29,656 bases of DNA from Macrostomum lignano (lineage: Eukaryota): assembly GCA_002269645.1 (NCBI GenBank), contig NIVC01004112.1, positions 1 to 29,656 on the forward strand, given 5' to 3'. Shown here in pieces: positions 1 through 13,423 of this stretch. Below the pieces are notes generated by a model. It did no database searches. It was not told where the DNA came from and worked only from the letters and a program-made list of their open reading frames with translations. The translations under genes and the position numbers were made by a program. Positions within the stretch are counted from its first letter, which is position 1. Each line of letters begins with the position of its first letter.

Positions 1-1
1 T

Positions 2-3000
2 CGCCTAAAACAGAAAACGATACAATTTAACTTCGATGTCTCTGAGGATGGGGGAATCCCATCAACGATAGGAAAGCTACAGACTATAGCGAATGTTCCT
101 GTTTTAATCACATCCATGCAGTTTCTTTCTAAAGCTGACTTCAGTGCCCCTCTTTCTTTGGTAAAAAAGACAACAACTTCTGCTGAGACGCTTACATGTC
201 TTGAAGATTTGATAGCATGTGCTTCTATCAGCGGTCGAGGACTAAACGCTGTTTCTATTTCCGTATTTTACGAGTTTACTAATTTACCTGACCTGAAATT
301 GTCGATAAAACTAAATATTTTGGTTGTTACACAACCAAGACCACGGAAAAAATCACAACGAATACAGTTACATCGACGTCAACCACCACTAAACCATCGT
401 CAACGACAACTACAACACCTACTTCGACGACCACAACCTCGACGTCGACTACGACAACGCCGCCGTCGACCACAACTACTACACCAACGTCGACAACAAC
501 CACAACGCCTTCAACAACAACTACAACACCAACATCGACGACGACAACTACAACACCTCCTTCGACGACGACAACAACAACACCTCCTGCGACGACGACT
601 ACTACAACACCTACTTCGACGACGACAACTACAACACCTACTTCGACGATGACAACTACAACGCCGACTTCGACGACGACTACTACTACACCTACTTCGA
701 CGACCACAACCTCGACGTCGACTACGACAACGCCGCCGTCGACCACAACTACTACACCAACGTCGACAGCAACCACAACGCCTTCTACGACCACGACACC
801 GCCGTCGACGACAACTACGACACCATCAACTACGACCACTACACCAACAACCACGACAACGTCGACGTCGACTAGTACTACAACGCCTTCCACTACTACA
901 GTGCCGCGTGTTTGTATTGAAATTGATGGACTTTCGAACCCATTCATCATCTCACCATCGAATATTCAAGTAATCGGTGGAACACAGTCTGGATACACGG
1001 CTTCTGATTTAGAAAAGTTGCGCCTGTCATCACCAGTCCCATTTAATTTGAACCGGCCAACGGCCACATCTTTTAGTAATCCAAATGAGAACATTCTAAT
1101 TGAAGTGAACCCTGCAGCTGAATCGACCAGCGGAGTAGAGATTGGACGAATTGAGCTGAGGTTTACAGCCCCGAAGTAACAGCCGTTCGAGTGTACAACA
1201 AGCCGACGCTTTCTCAACCAAATTGGGACACTTACTATTTCTCTGGCAGCAATCTCACGAGCTGCAAGTCAGACCTAATGGTGTGCCTTAGTACAGTCTC
1301 TATTGTGTCGAAAATGCTTCGATTCGAGGTCTTCTACACATCTGTAACTGACAAAAACAGCATCGACCTCCAAATTGGAATATATGGATGTTTCAAGCAA
1401 GGCTCCACAACTTCACCGGCGACAACGACCACGCCCACATCGACGACTACCACTCCAACGTCAACAACCACAACAACGCCTTCAACAACTACCACCACTC
1501 CGTCGTCAACAACAACCACAACGGCTTCAACAACTACAACACCAACTTCGACGACAGCTACTACAACACCAACTTCGACGACCACAACCTCGACGTCGAC
1601 TACGACAACGCCGCCGTCGACCACAACCACTACACCAACGTCGACAACAACCACAACGCCTTCAACAACAACTACAACACCAACATCGACGACGACAACT
1701 ACAACACCTCCGTCTACAACTACGACCTCAACATCGACAACCACAACGCCAACGTCGACTACAACTACGCCAACGTCGACAACTACAACGCCTACATCGA
1801 CGACGACAACTACAACACCTCCTTCTACAACTACGACCTCAACATCGACAACCACAACGCCAACGTCGACTACAACTACGCCAACGTCGACTACGACTAC
1901 GCCAACGTCGACAACTACAACGCCTACATCGACGACAACAACACCTACAACAACAACGACCTCGACGTCGACGACCACAACTCCACCGTCTACAACAACT
2001 ACGACACCATCATCAACAACGACAACCTCAAGCTCAACAACGACCACAGCACCAACGACGACAACCTCGACGTCGACCACCACGACATCGCCGTCGACGA
2101 CTACTACGCCGCCTTCGACAACCACGACTACAGAGAACATTCTTGCAAAGAGCACCTCCTTGCCGCAGCGTTGCATTGAGGAAGACGGCATGGCGAACAA
2201 TGGTCCAATTGGGTTGAGCGACATCTCTGTGAGTGCTTCCACTCAAGGTGTTGGACTCATTGCGCAAAGCGAGTTGAACCTCCTTCGTCCGTCGACGAGT
2301 GGTCTTGATGTCAACCGCGCACCTTCAGTAACCCGCAAAGATGAAAGCATTTCCTTTGACTTCAATGTCAGTGGCGACGACGGCAGTCAGTCGATTATTG
2401 GAAAGCTCAGCATCATTTCAAGCACTCCAGGATTGATTACGTCAATCCAGCTGTATAAATCGTCTGGCGTTGCTGCAATCTTCACATTAGTAAAATCTGC
2501 CAACAGTGCTGAGGACGTGGCCACGTGTAGCAATAACTTTATCGAGTGTGCCTCAATCGGCGGCCTTGGTCTACAGACAAACAGAATCAGAATCAAGTTC
2601 AACTTCATCAATACGAACAACCTTCCGGTCAATGTTCAGGTAAGCATGCTAGGATGTTACACAAGACTTTCGACCACAACATCAACGTCGACGTCGACGT
2701 CGACGTCTACGACAACATCCACATCAACCACAACTACGCCGCCGTCGACCACAACCACTACGCCAACGTCGACAACAACCACAACGCCTTCAACAACAAC
2801 TACAACACCAACATCGACGATGACAACTACAACACCTTCGACGACGACAACTAAAACACCTACTTCGACGACGACAACTACAACACCGACTTCGACGACG
2901 ACAACTACAACACCTACTTCGACGATGACAACTACAACACCGACTTCGACGACGACTACTACAACACCTACTTCGACAACAACCACAACCTCGACGTCGA

Positions 3001-6000
3001 CTACGACAACGCCGCCGTCGACCACAACTACTACACAAACGTCGACAACAACCACAACGCCTTCAACAACAACTACAACACCAACATCGACGACGACAAC
3101 TACAACACCTACTTCGACGACGACAACTACAACACCGACTTCGACGACGACAACTACAACACCGACTTCGACGACGACTACTACAACACCTACTTCGACA
3201 ACAACCACAACCTCGACGTCGACTACGACAACGCCGCCGTCGACCACAACTACTACACCAACGTCGACAACAACCACAACGCCTTCAACAACAACTACAA
3301 CACCAACATCGACGACGACAACTACAACACCTACTTCGACGACGACAACTACAACACCTCCTTCGACGACGACAACTACAACACCGACTTCGACGACGAC
3401 TACTACAACACCTACTTCGACAACAACCACAACCTCGACGTCGACTACGACAACGCCGCCGTCGACCACAACTACTACACCAACGTCGACAACAACCACA
3501 ACGCTTCAACAACAACTACAACACCAACATCGACGACGACAACTACAACACCTACTTCGACGACGACAACTACAACACCTCCTTCGACGACGACAACTAC
3601 AACACCGACTTCGACGACGACTACTACAACACCAACTTCGACGTCGACTACGACAACGCCGCCGTCGACCACAACTACTACACCAACGTCGACAACAACC
3701 ACAACGCCTTCTACGACCACGACACCGCCGTCGACGACAACTACGACACCATCAACTACGACCACTACACAACAACCACGACAACGTCGACGTCGACTAG
3801 TACTACAACGCCTTCCACTACTACAGTGCCGCGTGTTTGTATTGAAATTGATGGACTTTCGAACCCATTCATCATCTCACCATCGAATATTCAAGTAATC
3901 GGTGGAACACAGTCTGGATACACGGCTTCTGATTTAGAAAAGTTGCGCCTGTCATCACCAGTCCCATTTAATTTGAACCGGCCAACGGCCACATCTTTTA
4001 GTAATCCAAATGAGAACATTCTAATTGAAGTGAACCCTGCAGCTGAATCGACCAGCGGAGTAGAGATTGGACGAATTGAGCTGAGGTTTACAGCCCCCGA
4101 AGTAACAGCCGTTCGAGTGTACAACAAGCCGACGCTTTCTCAACCAAATTGGGACACTTACTATTTCTCTGGCAGCAATCTCACGAACTGCAAGTCAGAC
4201 CTAATGGTGTGCCTTAGTACAGTCTCTATTGTGTCGAAAATGCTTCGATTCGAGGTCTTCTACACATCTGTAACTGACAAAAACAGCATCGACCTCCAAA
4301 TTGGAATATATGGATGTTTCAAGCAAGGCTCCACAACTTCACCGGCGACAACGACCACGCCCACATCGACGACTACCACTCCAACGTCAACAACCACAAC
4401 AACGCCTTCAACAACTACCACCACTCCGTCGTCAACAACAACCACAACGGCTTCAACAACTACAACACCAACTTCGACGACAGCTACTACAACACCAACT
4501 TCGACGACCACAACCTCGACGTCGACTACGACAACGCCGCCGTCGACCACAACCACTACACCAACGTCGACAACAACCACAACGCCTTCAACAACAACTA
4601 CAACACCAACATCGACGACGACAACTACAACACCTCCGTCTACAACTACGACCTCAACATCGACAACCACAACGCCAACGTCGACTACAACTACGCCAAC
4701 GTCGACAACTACAACGCCTACATCGACGACGACAACTACAACACCTCCTTCTACAACTACGACCTCAACATCGACAACCACAACGCCAACGTCGACTACA
4801 ACTACGCCAACGTCGACTACGACTACGCCAACGTCGACAACTACAACGCCTACATCGACGACAACAACACCTACAACAACAACGACCTCGACGTCGACGA
4901 CCACAACTCCACCGTCTACAACAACTACGACACCATCATCAACAACGACAACCTCAAGCTCAACAACGACCACAGCACCAACGACGACAACCTCGACGTC
5001 GACCACCACGACATCGCCGTCGACGACTACTACGCCGCCTTCGACAACCACGACTACAGAGAACATTCTTGCAAAGAGCACCTCCTTGCCGCAGCGTTGC
5101 ATTGAGGAAGACGGCATGGCGAACAATGGTCCAATTGGGTTGAGCGACATCTCTGTGAGTGCTTCCACTCAAGGTGTTGGACTCATTGCGCAAAGCGAGT
5201 TGAACCTCCTTCGTCCGTCGACGAGTGGTCTTGATGTCAACCGCGCACCTTCAGTAACCCGCAAAGATGAAAGCATTTCCTTTGACTTCAATGTCAGTGG
5301 CGACGACGGCAGTCAGTCGATTATTGGAAAGCTCAGCATCATTTCAAGCACTCCAGGATTGATTACGTCAATCCAGCTGTATAAATCGTCTGGCGTTGCT
5401 GCAATCTTCACATTAGTAAAATCTGCCAACAGTGCTGAGGACGTGGCCACGTGTAGCAATAACTTTATCGAGTGTGCCTCAATCGGCGGCCTTGGTCTAC
5501 AGACAAACAGAATCAGAATCAAGTTCAACTTCATCAATACGAACAACCTTCCGGTCAATGTTCAGGTAAGCATGCTAGGATGTTACACAAGACTTTCGAC
5601 CACAACATCAACGTCGACGTCGACGTCGACGTCTACGACAACATCCACATCAACCACAACTACGCCGCCGTCGACCACAACCACTACGCCAACGTCGACA
5701 ACAACCACAACGCCTTCAACAACAACTACAACACCAACATCGACGATGACAACTACAACACCTCCTTCGACGACGACAACTAAAACACCTACTTCGACGA
5801 CGACAACTACAACACCGACTTCGACGACGACAACTACAACACCTACTTCGACGACGACAACTACAACACCTACTTCGACGACGACTACTACAACACCAAC
5901 TTCGACGACCACAACCTCGACGTCGACTACGACAACGCCGCCGTCGACCACAACTACTACACCAACGTCGACAACAACCACAACGCCTTCAACAACAACT

Positions 6001-9000
6001 ACAACACCGACATCGACATCGACGACGACAACTACAACACCTACTTCGACGACGACAACTACAACACCTCCTTCGACGACGACAACTACAACACCGACTT
6101 CGACGACGACTACTACAACACCAACTTCGACGTCGACTACGACAACGCCGCCGTCGACCACAACTACTACACCAACGTCGACAACAACCACAACGCCTTC
6201 TACGACCACGACACCGCCGTCGACGACAACTACGACACTATCAACTACGACCACTACACCAACAACCACGACAACGTCGACGTCGACTAGTACTACAACG
6301 CCTTCCACTACTACAGTGCCGCGTGTTTGTATTGAAATTGATGGACTTTCGAACCCATTCATCATCTCACCATCGAATATTCAAGTAATCGGTGGAACAC
6401 AGTCTGGATACACGGCTTCTGATTTAGAAAAGTTGCGCCTGTCATCACCAGTCCCATTTAATTTGAACCGGCCAACGGCCACATCTTTTAGTAATCCAAA
6501 TGAGAACATTCTAATTGAAGTGAACCCTGCAGCTGAATCGACCAGCGGAGTAGAGATTGGACGAATTGAGCTGAGGTTTACAGCCCCCGAAGTAACAGCC
6601 GTTCGAGTGTACAACAAGCCGACGCTTTCTCAACCAAATTGGGACACTTACTATTTCTCTGGCAGCAATCTCACGAACTGCAAGTCAGACCTAATGGTGT
6701 GCCTTAGTACAGTCTCTATTGTGTCGAAAATGCTTCGATTCGAGGTCTTCTACACATCTGTAACTGACAAAAACAGCATCGACCTCCAAATTGGAATATA
6801 TGGATGTTTCAAGCAAGGCTCCACAACTTCACCGGCGACAACGACCACGCCCACATCGACGACTACCACTCCAACGTCAACAACCACAACAACGCCTTCA
6901 ACAACTACCACCACTCCGTCGTCAACAACAACCACAACGGCTTCAACAACTACAACACCAACTTCGACGACAGCTACTACAACACCAACTTCGACGACCA
7001 CAACCTCGACGTCGACTACGACAACGCCGCCGTCGACCACAACCACTACACCAACGTCGACAACAACCACAACGCCTTCAACAACAACTACAACACCAAC
7101 ATCGACGACGACAACTACAACACCTCCGTCTACAACTACGACCTCAACATCGACAACCACAACGCCAACGTCGACTACAACTACGCCTACGTCGACTACG
7201 ACTACGCCAACGTCGACAACTACAACGCCTACATCGACGACAACAACACCTACAACAACAACGACCTCGACGTCGACGACCACAACTCCACCGTCTACAA
7301 CAACTACGACACCATCATCAACAACGACAACCTCAAGCTCAACAACGACCACAGCACCAACGACGACAACCTCGACGTCGACCACCACGACATCGCCGTC
7401 GACGACTACTACGCCGCCTTCGACAACCACGACTACAGAGAACATTCTTGCAAAGAGCACCTCCTTGCCGCAGCGTTGCATTGAGGAAGACGGCATGGCG
7501 AACAATGGTCCAATTGGGTTGAGCGACATCTCTGTGAGTGCTTCCACTCAAGGTGTTGGACTCATTGCGCAAAGCGAGTTGAACCTCCTTCGTCCGTCGA
7601 CGAGTGGTCTTGATGTCAACCGCGCACCTTCAGTAACCCGCAAAGATGAAAGCATTTCCTTTGACTTCAATGTCAGTGGCGACGACGGCAGTCAGTCGAT
7701 TATTGGAAAGCTCAGCATCATTTCAAGCACTCCAGGATTGATTACGTCAATCCAGCTGTATAAATCGTCTGGCGTTGCTGCAACCTTCACATTAGTAAAA
7801 TCTGCCAACAGTGCTGAGGACGTGGCCACGTGTAGCAATAACTTTATCGAGTGTGCCTCAATCGGCGGCCTTGGTCTACAGACAAACAGAATCAGAATCA
7901 AGTTCAACTTCATCAATACGAACAACCTTCCGGTCAATGTTCAGGTAAGCATGCTAGGATGTTACACAAGACTTTCGACCACAACATCAACGTCGACGTC
8001 GACGTCGACGTCTACGACAACATCCACATCAACCACAACTACGCCGCCGTCGACCACAACCACTACGCCAACGTCGACAACAACCACAACGCCTTCAACA
8101 ACAACTACAACACCAACATCGACGACGACAACTACAACACCTCCTTCGACGACGACAACTACAACACCGACTTCGACGACGACAACTACAACACCGACTT
8201 CGACGACGACTACTACAACACCTACTTCGACGACGACAACTACAACACCTACTTCGACGATGACAACTACAACGCCGACTTCGACAACAACCACAACCTC
8301 GACGTCGACTACGACAACGCCGCCGTCGACCACAACTACTACACCAACGTCGACAACAACCACAACGCCTTCAACAACAACTACAACACCAACATCGACG
8401 ACGACAACTACAACACCTCCTTCGACGACGACAACTAAAACACCTACTTCGACGACGACAACTACAACACCGACTTCGACGACGACTACTACAACACCTA
8501 CTTCGACGACGACAACTACAACACCTACTTCGACGACGACTACTACAACACCAACTTCGACGACCACAACCTCGACGTCGACTACGACAACGCCGCCGTC
8601 GACCACAACCACTACACCAACGTCGACAACAACCACAACGCCTTCAACAACAACTACAACACCGACATCGACATCGACGACGACAACTACAACACCTACT
8701 TCGACGACGACAACTACAACACCCACAACGTCGACCACAACCTCGACGTCGACTACAACAACGCCGCCGTCGACCACAACTACTACACCAACATCGACAA
8801 CAACCACAGCGGCTTCGACATCTACAACTCCAAGTTCGACAACAACTACAAAACCAACTTCGACGACGACAACTACAACACCTACTTCGTCGACGACAAC
8901 TACAACACCAACTTCGACGGCAACGACCACGACACCGCCGTCGACAACAACCCCGTATACGACACTAAACACAACATCTGCAACGACTACTACGACACCA

Positions 9001-9139
9001 ACATCAACAACCACAACTCCACCGTCGTCTACAAATACAACATCTACTTCGACAACTACTTTGTCGACTTCAATATCGACGTCAGTAACCACTTCTCCTG
9101 GGATTTCAGGCACACCTACATGTGTGATGATTGAGCCGA
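2..9139 (+). CDS. Giant repeat exon (>9.1 kb): [domain B0]-Thr-[A1]-Thr-[B1]-Thr-[A2]-Thr-[B2]-Thr-[A3]-Thr-[B3]-Thr
   Basis: ORF-track segments 116..652, 649..1179, 1191..3800 and 3826..9207 join into one frame if one base is restored at each of ~318-321 (TTTT), 1169-1172 (CCCC vs CCCCC at 4094-4098), ~3504 and ~3770. Donor CCGA|GTGAGT at 9139/9140. Confidence 0.85.
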
Positions 9140-12100
9140 GTGAGTATTTGTTTTATATTATTATTTTGTTCTTGATAGTGCTAAACATACGAATTCTAAT
9201 TATTTGAAAACCGTTTTTTAGCGACTCCTCCTCCATGTCTTGCTCGCGGTGACTGCGAGTGCATGGTGGCTATGAGCGAAGTCTCCAAGGAGTTGCAGTT
9301 GTCTGAGTCTTATCCAAGAGACGTTTGGGTTGAGTTGGACGGCACCTCAGGTTTGTCCTCTCCTTTAGAAAAGATTAATGAAGGTGACATGCTGGAGTCT
9401 GGTGTGGTTATTCGGATAGACTGCGGCCAGTGCAGCTGCAGCAATGGCGCTCTCCGGTGCAGTAAGACGAACTGCTCGAACGATTGTCAGTGGGGCCAGT
9501 GGAAGCCGTGGGGCTCCTGCTCATCGACCTGCGGCACCGGTGTTCGGTACAGAAATCGCACCGTCGCTTCTCCTGCTCGGTTCGGCGGCGAGCCGTGTCA
9601 GCCTAAAGACTTCCAGGTAAGCTGTGTCCAAAATCCGTTCCTACAACGGAATGGAGCCGAGCTCCGTTAGCAATCGATAGTTTGTCTGACTAGCCAAATA
9701 TAGGGGAGATTTCGCACCAGTCTCCCTGGCCACTTTACAGGCTGTTTAGACATTCCCGTTATTAACTGCTAATCTCTGAAGACATATTCGAAGACAGTTT
9801 CATTCTATCTGAAGCCTTAGTCGACGTGAGATCCGTCTTATTCAGTACAGACCGGTGCTTTAGTTGAAGCCGCTAGCTTATTGTAGATAAAACAGTCGTG
9901 TGTTCTGAACTAATTCTTTGAATTGTTCAATTATTCAGGAATTTGAGCTGTGCAACACTCAGAGATGTCCGTGCGTGTGGAGTCAGTGGTCTGCCTGGTC
10001 CGACTGCTCTCAGACCTGCAACGGCGGAGTAAAGACCCGGACGAGGACGCCCCAGGGCGACTGCCTGCTAGAGGACGCAACCACCGAGACAGCCCTGTGC
10101 AACGTTCATCCGTGCGGCTCGACCACTACTTCGCCAAGCTGCTCCGAGGGCAAGGTGATGCGACAGTGCAGCACCACGTCCTGCCCTTACACCTGTGGTC
10201 ATGTCACTAACGAGACCTGTTCAGACCAGCTGGCCTGCTCAACTGGCTGCTTCTGCGAGCAAGGCTTCGTGTTCGACGAGAAAGCCCGGGCCTGCGTGAA
10301 GCCGGACCAGTGCACCTGCGACCTGACCACCCTGAGCTGCGGCCTCTGCTCGCAGGGCCGCTGCGTCAACGGCGTTGCCACCTGCGTGCCAACAACAAAC
10401 TGCGACTGCACCTGGGGACCCTGGTCAGACTGGGAGCCCTGCTCGAAGGCCTGCGACGGCGGCTCAAGGACTCGAACCCGGGCCCAGGCTACCAGCCGTC
10501 GCGGCACCGGTCGAGCCTGCGTTGGCCTCGCCTCTGAGTCAGAGCCATGCAATACGGGCCGCTGCCCAGGCTGCTTGGACCGCTTCGGCAACCGGGTGCC
10601 GCCTGGCGAAACCATGCCCTCCGAGAACCCCTGCGAGATCTGCTACTGCAGCTACTTCACCGGCAGGCCCGAGTGCATGCCGAAACGCCCAGACGACGCG
10701 TCGAATCCGGCGCCGCAGTGGTCTGATTGGTCGGAATTCTCAGCCTGCAGCGCGCCGTGCGGCACGGGCACCAAGCGCCGGAGCCGCGCCTGCGTCCGCC
10801 TGTGCGTCAACGACACGCGCAGCTGCGCTCCGGACGCCAGGGGCCGCATGGACGCCGATCAGCAGTCCTGCAACCGGCAGGATTGCGCCCCACCAGTCGA
10901 CTGTCAAGTCTCCGACTGGACTAACGGCACCTGCTATGCCAACTGTGACGGCGTCAACCCCACCGCCACCGGCCAACAGCTGCGGCTCCGCCAGATCACC
11001 AGGCAGGCGGCCAACGGTGGCAAGGCCTGTCCGTCAACTTACGAAGTTGTTCCGTGCAGCAAGCAGTGCAAAGTGGACTGTCTGGTAGGCCAGTGGTCCG
11101 CCTGGAGCGAGCGAGTCAAGAACTGCGTCGGCACCGGCTGCAATCCCAGCTGCGGCGTTGGCGAGCGGGAGAGAACCCGGCCAGTGCTGCGGCCGGCGGC
11201 CAACGGAGGCCAGGCGTGTCGAGACCACGAGTTCGAGCCCGTGCTGATGCCCTGCAACGAGACCGTCTGCTCCGGCCCAGAGACTCTCATCAGCTGCGCC
11301 ACCAAGTGCTGGCGAACTTGCTCGGATGTGCGCGCCAACAAGCAGTGCCAGGACGTCGGCTGCATGCAGGGCTGCGGCTGCGCTGGAGACAAGGTCAGGG
11401 AGGCCGACACCTGCGTCGCGGTGGCCGAGTGCAGCTGCGAGCATCCGGAGAACGCGAGCCGCCTGATGCCGCCGGGCTCGGTGGTGAACAAGGCCTGCAA
11501 CAAGTGCACCTGCGTCAGCGGCCAGTTCGTCTGCGAGGAGAAGAGCTGCGCCCAGGACTGCGTCTGGTCGGCTTGGCAGAAAGTTGGCGGCTGCAACGTC
11601 ACCTGCGGCTCCGGCAAGCAGACCTGGACCAGGTAAATTCGTAGAGACTGGCTCTGGATACGCCTCTGACCCTGTGACCAACAGCCAGTGGACACTGAAC
11701 CCTGGACAGAGAGTCATTATTAGACACTGAACTCTGGACAGAGAGCCATTATTAGATACTGAACCCTGGACAGAGAGCCATTGTTAGACACTGAACCCTG
11801 GACAGAGAGCCATTATTAGATACTGAACTCTGGACAGAGAGCCATTATTAGACACTGAACCCTGGACAGAGAGCCATTATTAGACACTGAACTCTGGACA
11901 GAGAGCCATTATTAGACACTGAACCCTGGACAGAGAGTCATTATAGACACTGAACCCTGGACAGAGAGCCATTATTAGATACTGAACCCTGGACAGAGAG
12001 CCATTGTTAGACACTGAACCCTGGACAGAGAGCCATTATTAGACACTGAACTCTGGACAGAGAGCCATTATTAGACACTGAACCCTGGACAGAGAGCCAT

Positions 12101-12755
12101 TATTAGACACTGAACCCTGGACAGAGAGCCATTATTAGACACTGAACTCTGGACCCGACCTCCCCTCAGATCCATCGCAACCCCAGCTGCCAACGGCGGT
12201 GCCGAGTGCGTCGGGCCGACCAGCCGCGTCACCGACTGCTTCGGCGACGAGGGTGCCTGCTGCAACCCCAATGACGCGTACGTGGACACCGGCCGATGCG
12301 AGACCACCTGCGCCCAGCTGCTGAACCCGGAGCTCGCGCAGCCGCACTCCAACTGCCAGCCGGGTTGCCAGTGCAAGCCGGGCATGGCCAGGAACGCCAA
12401 CGGCAGCTGCGTCAGCATCCAGGACTGCTTCGCCTGCCAGGTGAACGGCGGGCGGCGGCGGTTGTGGGCTAACTAGCTAGCTAGCTAACTAACTAACTAG
12501 CTAAGTAACTAACTAGCTAACTAACTAACTAACTAACTAGCTAACTAACTAGCTAACTAACTAGCTAACTAACTAGCTAACTAACTAGCTAACTAACTAG
12601 CTAACTAACTAACTAGCTAACTAACTAGCTAACTAACTAACTAGCTAACTAACTAACTAACTATGCAATAACTAACTAACTAACTAACTAACTAGCTAAC
12701 TAACCAACTAACCAACTAACTAACTAACTAACTAACTAGCTAACTAACTAGCTAG

Positions 12756-12798
<43 letters not shown>

Positions 12799-12995
12799 GC
12801 TAACTAACTAGCTAGCTAACTAACTAACTAACTAATTAACTAACTAGCTAACTAACTAACTAACTAACTAACTAGCTAACTAACTAACTAGCTAACTAAC
12901 TAACTAACTAACTAACTAGCTAGCTAACTAACTAACTAATTAACTAACTAGCTAACTAACTAACTAACTAACTAACTAGCTAACTAACTAACTAG

Positions 12996-13052
<57 letters not shown>

Positions 13053-13133
13053 ACTAACTGACTAACTAACTAACTAGCTAACTAACCAACTAACCAACTA
13101 ACTAACTAACTAACTAGCTAACTAACTAGCTAG

Positions 13134-13176
<43 letters not shown>

Positions 13177-13253
13177 GCTAACTAACTAGCTAGCTAACTA
13201 ACTAACTAACTAATTAACTAACTAGCTAACTAACTAACTAACTAACTAACTAG

Positions 13254-13288
<35 letters not shown>

Positions 13289-13361
13289 GCTAGCTAACTA
13301 ACTAACTAATTAACTAACTAGCTAACTAACTAACTAACTAACTAGCTAACTAACTAACTAG

Positions 13362-13423
<62 letters not shown>

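Larger units (their letters stand above)
322..9120 (+). repeat. Coding super-repeat (A-linker-B-linker, periods 2926 and 2490 bp for A ends, 2926 and 2379 bp for B) with Thr/Ser/Pro VNTR linkers
   Basis: Near-identical nucleotide copies; linkers built from TPTSTTTT / TPPSTTTT / TSTSTTTT cassettes. Confidence 0.95.

Noticed and set aside
318-3770. Programmed ribosomal frameshifting
   Set aside because: No slippery heptamer or downstream structure; near-identical sister copies are in frame; the pattern fits homopolymer errors.
327-9113. Long Val-rich minus-strand ORFs and Gln/Arg-rich or Asn/Asp/Tyr-rich alternative-frame ORFs
   Set aside because: Shadows of ACN/TCG codon repeats that cannot form stops in other frames; they begin and end with the Thr linkers.
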